Numbered from the stretch's first letter, positions 9,797-18,858 are shown. The stretch is DNA of 64,000 bases from a virus (IMGVR_UViG_3300042291_000844:128001-192000), one strand, 5' to 3'. A program made the numbers and translations. Notes: generated from the sequence alone by a model not told the origin.

Positions 9797-11287
9797 TTAT
9801 AGTTTGGGTGGTGGTATTCCCTGGTCACAGGTTGGACAAAAAGGAGCACAACCATACCCACCACAATAATAAGAACCACAACCCCAACAACTATTATGCA
9901 TTACACTAAATATTCCATCTCCAATATCCACTAAGAATAAATCGCCGGGTGCAAAATCTAATGAATATATTGTTTTGTATTCAAACACCATTTCTAAATT
10001 TGTAATTGTAATTGTTGTTAATTCATTTGTATTTATATCAGTTACAACTAATTTATCTCCAACATATAAACTATTTACTTTTTCAAATCTAGTTGCGGTT
10101 GAATCTTTTTCTTCAATATAATATGTACATCCAGGTGCATCTGTCCAAGTTTTACCATCTTCTAATGTTATTTTTATCATAATCACTTCTGCCGATTGCG
10201 ATACCATACCTATTAATTCAGATTGTAATGATGTTAATGTATCATTTGATTGTTGTAACGTACTATCCCAACCATATGTCACAATTTCATTTGTAAAAGA
10301 TTTAGCTTCATTTTCATTTGAATCTACAAAATTTATAGAACGAATATAATCGCCTAATTGTATGGTGGTAACATTTGTTAATGTACCATCGTAGTTTAAG
10401 ATATTTGAATCATCATCGGTATGATAATCACTCTCAGTTTTACCTATTTCTTTTGTAATATATTTATATCTTGTTTTTTGATTTAATTTTTTGGTGCCAG
10501 TAACAAATTCATCAGCGGTAAACGAAATCGGTATTATTGAAGATTGTGTGTATCCACCCATATTAATAATATCTAAATTTGAACCATATATAATATCAAT
10601 TCCTCTTATAATTGAGTATCTACCGTCTACCAAATTATCTTCTGAAAATATAAATTCTTGAATTAAATAATTACTTTCAGCTGAGTTTATTGTATCATTT
10701 AATTCAGTATTATTTGAAACTGTATATAATGCGGGGTATTGTGTTCCATCATATTGGGGATAACGATACTTTATTAATAGGTTTGGATTTGTAGTAGTGG
10801 TATAATCTACTTCATCTAATGTATTTAAATTTAACGTATCAGATGTATACTTTGTTTTTGGAATATACTCTGAATCTTTCATTAAATTAAAAAATTCAAA
10901 TTTATCAGCACAATACGTTTCATCTACTAATGCAGTTGTATCAAATGCTTGTCTTAAAATAAATTTAGTATCAGTATCTTCTATAAATGGTACAGTAACC
11001 GAACCCGCTGGTACAATATGGCCAGTATACGTTATATTATTTTCTGCACATTTTTCTTGTAATATTTGTAGAAATCTATGTGGTTGATTTAATGGTTTGA
11101 ACGCATCACCTTCCGTCCATATATAATGGAACTCAGTAATATTATTAGCATTTAACATATCAAATAACGTAGTGTAATCTAATAAATCAGCACCCTCATT
11201 ATAAATTGTGGTATTTGTATTTATTTCTAAAAACTTAACCGAACCATTTTTTTGTAGATAATCACTACCAATTATTGTTGCTTTCAT
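9797..11287 (-). CDS. Circularly permuted ATP-grasp + Hint domain + Cys-rich C-terminal peptide
   Basis: N-terminal GSD...LEINTNT; DKFEF...IPKT; LIQEFI; Hint-like DG...IQLGDYI, LEDG, LYVGDKL, YSL...HN followed by SCWGC... Confidence 0.7.
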   Translation of the reverse strand: MKATIIGSDYLQKNGSVKFLEINTNTTIYNEGADLLDYTTLFDMLNANNITEFHYIWTEGDAFKPLNQPHRFLQILQEKCAENNITYTGHIVPAGSVTVPFIEDTDTKFILRQAFDTTALVDETYCADKFEFFNLMKDSEYIPKTKYTSDTLNLNTLDEVDYTTTTNPNLLIKYRYPQYDGTQYPALYTVSNNTELNDTINSAESNYLIQEFIFSEDNLVDGRYSIIRGIDIIYGSNLDIINMGGYTQSSIIPISFTADEFVTGTKKLNQKTRYKYITKEIGKTESDYHTDDDSNILNYDGTLTNVTTIQLGDYIRSINFVDSNENEAKSFTNEIVTYGWDSTLQQSNDTLTSLQSELIGMVSQSAEVIMIKITLEDGKTWTDAPGCTYYIEEKDSTATRFEKVNSLYVGDKLVVTDINTNELTTITITNLEMVFEYKTIYSLDFAPGDLFLVDIGDGIFSVMHNSCWGCGSYYCGGYGCAPFCPTCDQGIPPPKL

Positions 11288-11314
11288 AAATGTTTATTTT
11301 TTTCTGGATGTACC

Positions 11315-11323
11315 TATAAATAT
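11315..11323 (-). promoter_or_regulatory. Candidate late-promoter motif ATATTTATA(G)
   Basis: Directly upstream of the ATP-grasp-Hint gene. Confidence 0.5.
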
Positions 11324-11347
11324 ATTAAAATTGAATTTAAGACCATT

Positions 11348-11650
11348 TTAAATAATACTAGGATTTTTTTTAATTTCAAGTGGTTCTAAATAATTAGAAT
11401 CAACTTCATTCCATTTTTTTAATCCACATGCATTATAAGTTGTTGAAAATACTTTTTTATTCAATGGACACCCACATTCACCACAATACGCACTCCATTT
11501 TAATCCTTTTATTACTTCTTTTCTATAATCACACCCTAAACAAACATCAAGTCTTAATTTAGCTAATTCCTCTTGTTTTGGTGTGGGGTTTAAAGAAATT
11601 TTCCAAGCATCAAATATTTCTTTATAATTAATTATAGGTTTAGGTATCAT
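11348..11650 (-). CDS. Small Cys-rich protein (DUF6171-like)
   Basis: R...CLGC...CGECGC.L.KK......C...KW; ends PSII. Confidence 0.7.
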   Translation of the reverse strand: MIPKPIINYKEIFDAWKISLNPTPKQEELAKLRLDVCLGCDYRKEVIKGLKWSAYCGECGCPLNKKVFSTTYNACGLKKWNEVDSNYLEPLEIKKNPSII

Positions 11651-11651
11651 A

Positions 11652-12389
11652 TTATATTAATGTTTTATTATTTTTTTGAATATCGTAATAATCATAAATA
11701 TCATTATATTTTTTGATGAAATCATCATTCATTTTTAAATTACAATCAAAATGTTGACTTCCATTTAAGTTTTCCATTTTAAATGGTTTATCTGTTTTAT
11801 TAGATACCCATTCCTCTAATTCTGTAAAATTTCCAAATTCAAACCATTTTATTTTTGGGTTATTATTATGCCAAAATGATATTGGCCTGAATAATATTAA
11901 TAACATATTTTCCAGATAATCGTCCAAATACTTTTGAATTCCATTTCTTTTTGCAAATTCTTTAATTACTAAAATTTGAGAAGTTAGTGATATTAAATCT
12001 AAATCTTTAAAAAATAATATATCATCCATATTTAATTTTTTTAGTATATTTACTAATTCGTTTGGATATTTTAGATGTTCCATTTCGACCATATCAATTA
12101 TATGTTTCCATAATGAAATAAATCGTTCATATCTATTTCGTTTAATTGTTATGATATCATACTCATTCCCAAATTTTAATAGTAATAAATCTAATCTTTC
12201 GTGAAGATGTACCATATTATCTGCGAGCGATTCATTACTCAAAGTTAAATTAATGGGTATATGGTAATTATCTACAAATGATTGGTCAAAATGTTCAATT
12301 TTAAATCCACTTCTTAAACATGATATATAAAATGAAGTGGATGCACATCTTGGTAATGATATAAATAAAAATTTATTCTCTACTAACAC
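11652..12389 (-). CDS. Sulfotransferase family protein
   Basis: ISLPRCASTS (5'-PSB-like), RNRYERFIS (3'-PB-like); ends KTLI. Confidence 0.75.
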   Translation of the reverse strand: MLVENKFLFISLPRCASTSFYISCLRSGFKIEHFDQSFVDNYHIPINLTLSNESLADNMVHLHERLDLLLLKFGNEYDIITIKRNRYERFISLWKHIIDMVEMEHLKYPNELVNILKKLNMDDILFFKDLDLISLTSQILVIKEFAKRNGIQKYLDDYLENMLLILFRPISFWHNNNPKIKWFEFGNFTELEEWVSNKTDKPFKMENLNGSQHFDCNLKMNDDFIKKYNDIYDYYDIQKNNKTLI

Positions 12390-13027
12390 TATATTAACGA
12401 TTTTTGGTTTTTAATAAAATCAAATCCAACATTACCTGCCATAACAATTCTATCTAAGGTTGATTCCGATGCACTATGTGGTGAATGGGGCATATCTGCC
12501 TCCATTATAATTAAATCATCTTCTTCCGGCATTATCCAATATTCCGTATTATCTTTTCCTTTAAAACATAATACCCCATCATCACCATTCATTACATCTG
12601 GCATTTGAATATAATAAACGTATGTATAATGTGGAATAAAGTCTTTATTTTTTTTATTAATTTCAGTATGTATATGATATTTTTCATCATTATAAAACTC
12701 TTCTTGTACTGGATTTTTAGAACGAACAACGTTGACCCAAGCATCTGTATTAATCTTATTATAATTTATACCGGTTTCATTATAAATTTCTTTACATTTA
12801 TTAATACCAATTTGAATTATTTCATCTAATTTTGTTTCTACCTTAATATCACCAATAAAATTTAAATGTTCATTCCATTCTTTTTTATAACCAAACCCAT
12901 CAGTTTTAACATTAGGCTGGGATTCTATAATAGAATATGCCTCTTTTAAAAACAATTGTTTATCACTTATTCGATTTAATTTTACTTTCCAAATATAAGT
13001 TGTCTCATCAAAAAATATCTTTTCCAT
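12389..13027 (-). CDS. Putative 2OG-Fe(II) oxygenase
   Basis: HIH, YTYVYY, G.L.F, PH, RIVMAGN; ends KSLI. Confidence 0.7.
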   Translation of the reverse strand: MEKIFFDETTYIWKVKLNRISDKQLFLKEAYSIIESQPNVKTDGFGYKKEWNEHLNFIGDIKVETKLDEIIQIGINKCKEIYNETGINYNKINTDAWVNVVRSKNPVQEEFYNDEKYHIHTEINKKNKDFIPHYTYVYYIQMPDVMNGDDGVLCFKGKDNTEYWIMPEEDDLIIMEADMPHSPHSASESTLDRIVMAGNVGFDFIKNQKSLI

Positions 13028-13033
13028 AATTTT

Positions 13034-13639
13034 TTATATTAAAGTAGTTTGGGTTTTAAGGTATTTTTTATTTATATCTAAAAAATAAAAATTAGAACAA
13101 AACACAATCCGTTCAGTATTTGAGTTTATATTAGTTTCTGCACGATGTAACAAATTTGCATCAAATATTAATAAATCACCTACGTTTGGTAAGATTGAAA
13201 ATTCTTCGCCATTTTCATCTTTAAATATTAAATGTCCTTCTTTGTCATTTAAATTATTTGGCATTTTACTATAATAAGTTAATGTATAATCTGGTGTTTG
13301 TTTTATAAAACTTGTTGATATTTTTGAATTATGTCTATGAAAACCGGAATAACTATTATTATTTTTACTAATAAAAATCCATTCATTTGTATTATAAAAA
13401 AATGGTTTGTTAACTAAGTAAAACATAGAGTCTATGATATTCTGTCTAACAATATTTATATTTTTAGAATTTACTTGCACATACGATTGTATACCAGGTG
13501 TTTCTGGGGTTGGGTGACTTACATTCTGACTAATTTCAATAGAATACCATAATTCTTTTGATAATTGTTCATTATCTATTCCTTCTATGCGTTTTCTATA
13601 TATAATTATATTTTCACCTAATTTTATTTCCTCTAACAT
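13034..13639 (-). CDS. Putative 2OG-Fe(II) oxygenase
   Basis: FHRH, GHLIF, P..GDLLIF...LLH, RIVFCSN; ends TTLI. Confidence 0.75.
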   Translation of the reverse strand: MLEEIKLGENIIIYRKRIEGIDNEQLSKELWYSIEISQNVSHPTPETPGIQSYVQVNSKNINIVRQNIIDSMFYLVNKPFFYNTNEWIFISKNNNSYSGFHRHNSKISTSFIKQTPDYTLTYYSKMPNNLNDKEGHLIFKDENGEEFSILPNVGDLLIFDANLLHRAETNINSNTERIVFCSNFYFLDINKKYLKTQTTLI

Positions 13640-13645
13640 ATTATA

Positions 13646-14281
13646 TTAATTTAGTTTTTTATAAAATATATCAGCTAATTCTTTATGACCTACTTCAGAA
13701 AAATGGGCATCGTTAATTACGCCATTAGTTTCATCTTGTAATCTATTTAATAAAGTTCCCACATACCAATCTGTTGGTAGTAATTGTTTTTTAAGATGAA
13801 CATCAGTACATAAAGCAAAGGGTGACCAAAAAATAACTTTAATGCCTTTTAATTTAAATATAGTACTAAGTAATTTAGACCAATTAACTATTTCATCCCA
13901 ATATAACCTACTCATTCTATTAATCCGAATTTGCTCTAATGTATTGATATCGATAAATTTATACGATTCTAACTCTGAAACTGAATTTCTGATAGTACTC
14001 CATTTATTATTTTTTTCTAACCTAAAACGAGATGGTTCTGTCCAACCTATAATAACAATATCTCTAGTATTGATAGAATCTATGTTAGTAATGATAGACT
14101 CAAAGATAGTATTATTATCAACACCCCCATTACCACATTGGTTAACTTCCATATCTAGCATTGTAGATAGGTAGTGAGAAAATATTTTTGGTTGATATCC
14201 TTTGTATTCTTTATATTTAATACCCAATCCATACATCTTTTCCCATGTTGTAGAAAACGAATCACCAAATACCCAAATCAT
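13646..14281 (-). CDS. SGNH/GDSL-like hydrolase
   Basis: FGDSFS, G..N..I, IIGWT...R, DAHFS..GH. Confidence 0.75.
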   Translation of the reverse strand: MIWVFGDSFSTTWEKMYGLGIKYKEYKGYQPKIFSHYLSTMLDMEVNQCGNGGVDNNTIFESIITNIDSINTRDIVIIGWTEPSRFRLEKNNKWSTIRNSVSELESYKFIDINTLEQIRINRMSRLYWDEIVNWSKLLSTIFKLKGIKVIFWSPFALCTDVHLKKQLLPTDWYVGTLLNRLQDETNGVINDAHFSEVGHKELADIFYKKLN

Positions 14282-14877
14282 AAAAGATTTTGTTTTGTTG
14301 AATTTGTTTTAACTAATGACACCCAATTTACTAATGAATACCTAATCCCATTCACTACTGGCGTTACTCTATGCAGTAATCTTGAATTAAAAATATATAA
14401 TGTCCCAATTTTATTTTCTATTGGTACAATCTCACCTTTAATGTTTTTTATTTCTAATAGACCGCCTTCGTATGCATTGTTTAACTGAATTACTATTGAT
14501 GTAAATCTATTTCTATATATGGTACCAGTACTATCGGTATGCCAATCAAAGTACTCACCTTCTTTATACTCAGTAAATTGAAATGGTCCAAGTCCCGTAA
14601 CTTCCATACCATTTATATTAAAGGTTTTTCTTAATTTATTTGTTAATCTGTCATTTAAAAATTCTAAATTAGATATCCAGCCAATCGATGATTTTCTATT
14701 TGTTTTATTATGTGGAGTATTAGAATCATCACCATATACTTTAGCATCTGATAATGATAATTCATTTTTACATTTGTTTAAAAGCAACTCACACTCTTCG
14801 GGTGATAGGAAATTTTCAAATATGTCTATATTGTCAATCATATATATAAATATATAAATAATAAAAAAAAGGGTCAC
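14278..14877 (-). CDS. PKHD-type 2OG-Fe(II) hydroxylase
   Basis: FDWHTD, YEGG.LE, LHRVTPV..GIRYSLVNW; ends QNLL; true start probably MIDNID. Confidence 0.9.
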   Translation of the reverse strand: MTLFFIIYIFIYMIDNIDIFENFLSPEECELLLNKCKNELSLSDAKVYGDDSNTPHNKTNRKSSIGWISNLEFLNDRLTNKLRKTFNINGMEVTGLGPFQFTEYKEGEYFDWHTDSTGTIYRNRFTSIVIQLNNAYEGGLLEIKNIKGEIVPIENKIGTLYIFNSRLLHRVTPVVNGIRYSLVNWVSLVKTNSTKQNLL

Positions 14878-14897
14878 CGAAATTGATGACCCTTATC
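14862..14897 (-). terminator. Intrinsic terminator after hsp20
   Basis: AAGGGTCA...TGACCCTT hairpin followed by a T tract on the minus strand. Confidence 0.7.
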
Positions 14898-14913
14898 ATT
14901 TTTTTAAATTAGA

Positions 14914-15294
14914 TTATCCAATTTTGATTTGAACTTTCTTTGGTTTTGCTTCATCGTATTTGTCAGTTGTAATGATTAATAAACCATTATCAAATTTAGC
15001 TTCCGATTTAGTTCCATCATAATCCTTACCAAGTGTAAAAGTTAAATCAATATCCGTAACTAATGAAGAACTGGTTTCTTCTTTTTTTGATTTAATTAGC
15101 ATCTGAGTTTCAGTAACTTCCAATTTAATGTTCTTTGGATTGTGGCCCAATACATTTAGAGTTAATTGATACTTCCCATCTTCCAATACCTTACCCTCAT
15201 ATCTATTGAAAGATGAATAGGTTGATGTAGAATTCCAAGTTGGTAATTCGGATTCAAATAAATCCAATAAGTTTGTAATGTTTGCTGTGTACAT
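14914..15294 (-). CDS. Small heat shock protein (Hsp20/alpha-crystallin)
   Basis: Y.L...V.G......I.LEV...L.IK; A.FDNGLL.I. Confidence 0.85.
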   Translation of the reverse strand: MYTANITNLLDLFESELPTWNSTSTYSSFNRYEGKVLEDGKYQLTLNVLGHNPKNIKLEVTETQMLIKSKKEETSSSLVTDIDLTFTLGKDYDGTKSEAKFDNGLLIITTDKYDEAKPKKVQIKIG

Positions 15295-15358
15295 AATTTT
15301 TTTATTTTAGTTAAACAATACCTTTAATATTACAATTGTTATACCAAAGGGTACTTTA

Positions 15359-15402
15359 TGACATATTGTCAGTATTTTAAAATCTTATTTGACAACTTGT
15401 CA
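15359..15402. promoter_or_regulatory. Two TGACA-N3-TGTCA palindromes upstream of hsp20
   Basis: 15359-15371 and 15390-15402, 31 bp apart. Confidence 0.6.
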
Positions 15403-15403
15403 G

Positions 15404-16063
15404 TTAGAAAGGTTTAGTATCTTCCCATTGTTTGTTCTCCTGTCTACAACTCATATGGTCAGCCCAATGTAGAATGTATGGTAGGTCGGTTTTTAACCTC
15501 ATCTCGGGACGGAAACTGATAAAGTAAGGTTTAGTACCTTCGTTGTATAATCCGTCTGCTAACATAATCCCAATCATCTCCTTTTCGGAATAGGTAATAC
15601 CATATTGGTTAAGTAACCACAACGCCCTATGTGTTACATCCATATAATGATTCTCTCCATTAATCTTAAACAATGCACCTTGGTTCTTTTTATGCCAATC
15701 AGACCCCTCCTCTACATAATGAGGTTGACCCTTCACTCCTAACTTACCCAAATCATGATGGAAGGCTGCGAAGAATAATTCCTCATCGGTAAAATCTACT
15801 TTGATTCCACCCTCCTCATAAATCTTTTTCATCTTATACGCGTTTCGGGCAACGTTCATCACGTGGTCTAAATATCCACCAACATAAGCAGAGTGATAAT
15901 GTTCTTTACTACTTGCAGGGGCCAGAACTAATTCAGTTCCTAATTCCTCTTGTGAATACATGAACTTTAATTTCTCTAAACGTTCACCACTAAATACTTT
16001 ACTCAATGCCTCAATGAATTTATCATAATTCTTTTGTAGGTCTTCTGCTGAATAGTTTTTCAT
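15404..16063 (-). CDS. HD-domain phosphohydrolase
   Basis: APAS...HYH, H, HHDLGK, HWADH. Confidence 0.85.
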   Translation of the reverse strand: MKNYSAEDLQKNYDKFIEALSKVFSGERLEKLKFMYSQEELGTELVLAPASSKEHYHSAYVGGYLDHVMNVARNAYKMKKIYEEGGIKVDFTDEELFFAAFHHDLGKLGVKGQPHYVEEGSDWHKKNQGALFKINGENHYMDVTHRALWLLNQYGITYSEKEMIGIMLADGLYNEGTKPYFISFRPEMRLKTDLPYILHWADHMSCRQENKQWEDTKPF

Positions 16064-16073
16064 AATTTATATT

Positions 16074-16421
16074 TTAATCTTCAATTTCTTGTCCTGTTAA
16101 TGCCCTATATAGAATTTCTAATTGTTCTTCACTCTCACAATATCCCAACCCAACCGCATCTCCAATTTCAACTATATAACTTCCCTTTGGTAATTCCATA
16201 TGTTTCCATTCATCGTTTATAGATGATATTAAACAAGGTGCATCTTCGGATGGATTATCCTTCGGTAGTGGTAATACATAATAGTACATTCCACTTGGAG
16301 CAGATTCTTCATCATCACCCTCTTCTGCCATTTCATCTACCTTTTCCCATCCCTGTCTTTCAAATGTATCTTCAGTTATAGGTGTTTCTGGAAATTCTAT
16401 TGGGGTTTCTTCTATACTCAT
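16074..16421 (-). CDS. Acidic hypothetical protein
   Basis: ORF track; coupled to neighbours. Confidence 0.6.
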   Translation of the reverse strand: MSIEETPIEFPETPITEDTFERQGWEKVDEMAEEGDDEESAPSGMYYYVLPLPKDNPSEDAPCLISSINDEWKHMELPKGSYIVEIGDAVGLGYCESEEQLEILYRALTGQEIED

Positions 16422-17050
16422 TCTAAAACTATTTTAGTATATAAAATTATTTTTGATTCATAATGATATGTTTTTAATACTAATGTATCACCAATCATAT
16501 TACCGGTTGGTGATATTATTGTATTTATTTCACCTGTCCTATCATCACTATAAGATGCTGGATTTGTGGTTGGAACTAATGCAGTTACATTTGATATTAA
16601 TGCTGGTAAATTTACAATAGTATATTGACCTGTAAAATAGTTTATATATGATTTTGTTATTGTTGCAATTGTATCACCTTTATTAAGATGCCAATACAAA
16701 TTACTTTCCCATTCTATTTTTTCTACTGGTTTATTTGGTATTTTACCATTTAATAAAATTCTACCGGTAACTCTATATGATTGTTGCTGAGGATTTGGTA
16801 TTAATTTTATATGATAGTAACCTTTTGTATCCTTTGCAACTGAACGTAATCCATCTCTTGTTAATACAGAATCTATTGATATTGTGTATTTATTAACTAT
16901 TATTGGTGTGGTATTTGTTTTTGTTTGAACCTCTGGCCCCCATTGTGAAATAGGAGTGGGTATATCATCTTTACTGCAAGCAGTAAATAGTAAAGAACTT
17001 AATACTAACCATTTGATTCTCATAACAATTTGTTTAAGATTGATTCCCAA
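16418..17050 (-). CDS. Lipoprotein (true start probably MRIKWL)
   Basis: Signal peptide with lipobox FTAC then SKDD. Confidence 0.7.
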   Translation of the reverse strand: MGINLKQIVMRIKWLVLSSLLFTACSKDDIPTPISQWGPEVQTKTNTTPIIVNKYTISIDSVLTRDGLRSVAKDTKGYYHIKLIPNPQQQSYRVTGRILLNGKIPNKPVEKIEWESNLYWHLNKGDTIATITKSYINYFTGQYTIVNLPALISNVTALVPTTNPASYSDDRTGEINTIISPTGNMIGDTLVLKTYHYESKIILYTKIVLE

Positions 17051-17505
17051 GTCGGATATTCATTCCATTCCTTTGTTTCATATGCCCAACCAAATTTAAG
17101 TAACTCACCTTTGAACTCTCCGGCCCCATTCTTAATTCGGTCATCAATTAGGTAATCACCTGTCAATAAGTCTTTTCGGTGGGTAACCATCATTTTTTTA
17201 TGAAAGAGATTTCCAAAGTGGTACTCAATCCAATATCGTTTGTCAGTTGAAGCATCAGGGTTTCCCCACGGTGCTGCGGTTGCGATGAACATTTCATACT
17301 TTCCACTCTCGGCCAATTTCTTAACAGCCTCAATTGCTCCTTCGTATGGAGGTGGGTTTCTGAATATACCAGGAATATGGTCAGGACATTTTTTGTATTT
17401 ATCAACTAAGTGTGGGTGGAGTTCAAACCACTTATCAAACTCGGCTTTTAAATCTACTAAAACGCCATCCATGTCTATGTAAAGAATCTTTTTGTTGTTG
17501 TTCAT
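17020..17505 (-). CDS. 5'(3')-deoxyribonucleotidase (HAD, NT5C family)
   Basis: YIDMDGVL, TAAPW, K..WI..HF, LIDD. Confidence 0.9.
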   Translation of the reverse strand: MNNNKKILYIDMDGVLVDLKAEFDKWFELHPHLVDKYKKCPDHIPGIFRNPPPYEGAIEAVKKLAESGKYEMFIATAAPWGNPDASTDKRYWIEYHFGNLFHKKMMVTHRKDLLTGDYLIDDRIKNGAGEFKGELLKFGWAYETKEWNEYPTWESILNKLL

Positions 17506-17543
17506 AATGTTAATTGTTGTTATTATCTCTCTTTCTTATACAA

Positions 17544-17575
17544 TAAAGATACGAAGAATAATTGAATTTTCCAAA
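17544..17575 (-). promoter_or_regulatory. Bacteroidota-type promoter
   Basis: TTTG-N20-TATCTTTA. Confidence 0.7.
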
Positions 17576-17631
17576 TTTTAGGTAAGTTATTTCCAAACTA
17601 ATTTTAAGTATAATGTATAACTCATTGATTA

Positions 17632-18858
17632 TCAATTGAAAGAGTATTTAACCCAGCTCCCACCTATTTTCTTATATCCATTTATTTGAGAGTCGTGGAA
17701 ATTCTCAGCCACTATATCTAATACCCCGTCCTTATCTACATCATCTACTTTAAAGGTACTCCAACCATATTTGTCCGATTGACCATACACACCCCCACCA
17801 TCTAATGAATCGTTGAAATATGAGGGGTCTAATGAGTAACCATTCGTGGTCTTTATATAAGTAACTAACTTAGTTTGTATTTGGTCTTTATCCGCCCTAA
17901 GTTCTACTATATCCAAATCGCCATCTGAATCTAAATCTATAAACTCAACATCAACACAAAATGGAAATTCGGTATGTTTTTTGAATTGTATAGTTTTAGA
18001 ATTTACAAACGTATTATTATTAAAAATAAGTGTAGTATTTCCATACACATCATTCCCACCTATTAATATATCATCTTTACCATCTTTGTCTATATCTAAT
18101 ATTTCATAGACCAAAATTGCCGATGTATAATTATTTAATTCAATATTTGATTTTATAAAATTTCCTTTACCATCCCCATACCAAACAAATGTTGCAGTAA
18201 CAACATCTACATTTCCATCCCCATTTAAATCACCTGTGGCACCATTATGAAACCAATATTTATTTGGGTTTGGTATAGTGAGGTATTCAAATTTGTTTGT
18301 GGGGGTTGATAATAGTACATTAAAGTTTCCAGTATAATCACCAATAACTCGTTCATCCACTCCTAATATTACAAAATCAGGTTTACCATCTTTATTAATA
18401 TCAGTTTTTAAAACTTTATGTGCAGTACTTCCAAATGTATTACCATTAATATAAGTTGTATCTGAATAGAAGTTTTTATTATCTCCTTTATTTACATACC
18501 ATCGTATTCCTTTATAACCAGATAACCCATTACTATATGAGGTAAGAATATCTATAAACCCATCACCATTAATATCAGAATAGGATTGTCCTGCACCATA
18601 ATCACCCTTCTCATCGTTGTTTAATATTTTTTTAGCAGAATTTAATTCAATGTTATAATACCACATAAAAAATATCCCAGATTTTTGATTAAGATATGAT
18701 TGTGAATATAGGGTATCTACTTTTTTGACAACAATAGGGGGTTCTATTGGTTTTGGTTGTGGTATATCCTCTTTGCTACAACTAGCTAAAATTAGGAGGG
18801 GTAGTAGTAAAATAGGTAAGTAGTGCTTCAGATTTTTCTTTTTCAAATTGTTTTTCAT
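17632..18858 (-). CDS. FG-GAP/VCBS repeat lipoprotein
   Basis: Lipobox LASC-SKED; repeated DINGDG..DI, DINKDG..DF, DLNGDG..DV, DIDKDG.DDI, DLDSDGDLDI. Confidence 0.85.
   Translation of the reverse strand: MKNNLKKKNLKHYLPILLLPLLILASCSKEDIPQPKPIEPPIVVKKVDTLYSQSYLNQKSGIFFMWYYNIELNSAKKILNNDEKGDYGAGQSYSDINGDGFIDILTSYSNGLSGYKGIRWYVNKGDNKNFYSDTTYINGNTFGSTAHKVLKTDINKDGKPDFVILGVDERVIGDYTGNFNVLLSTPTNKFEYLTIPNPNKYWFHNGATGDLNGDGNVDVVTATFVWYGDGKGNFIKSNIELNNYTSAILVYEILDIDKDGKDDILIGGNDVYGNTTLIFNNNTFVNSKTIQFKKHTEFPFCVDVEFIDLDSDGDLDIVELRADKDQIQTKLVTYIKTTNGYSLDPSYFNDSLDGGGVYGQSDKYGWSTFKVDDVDKDGVLDIVAENFHDSQINGYKKIGGSWVKYSFN

Noticed and set aside
9890-10440. Canonical splicing intein or homing element
   Set aside because: No N-terminal Cys/Ser nucleophile seen and no endonuclease; treated as a cleavage-only Hint domain.
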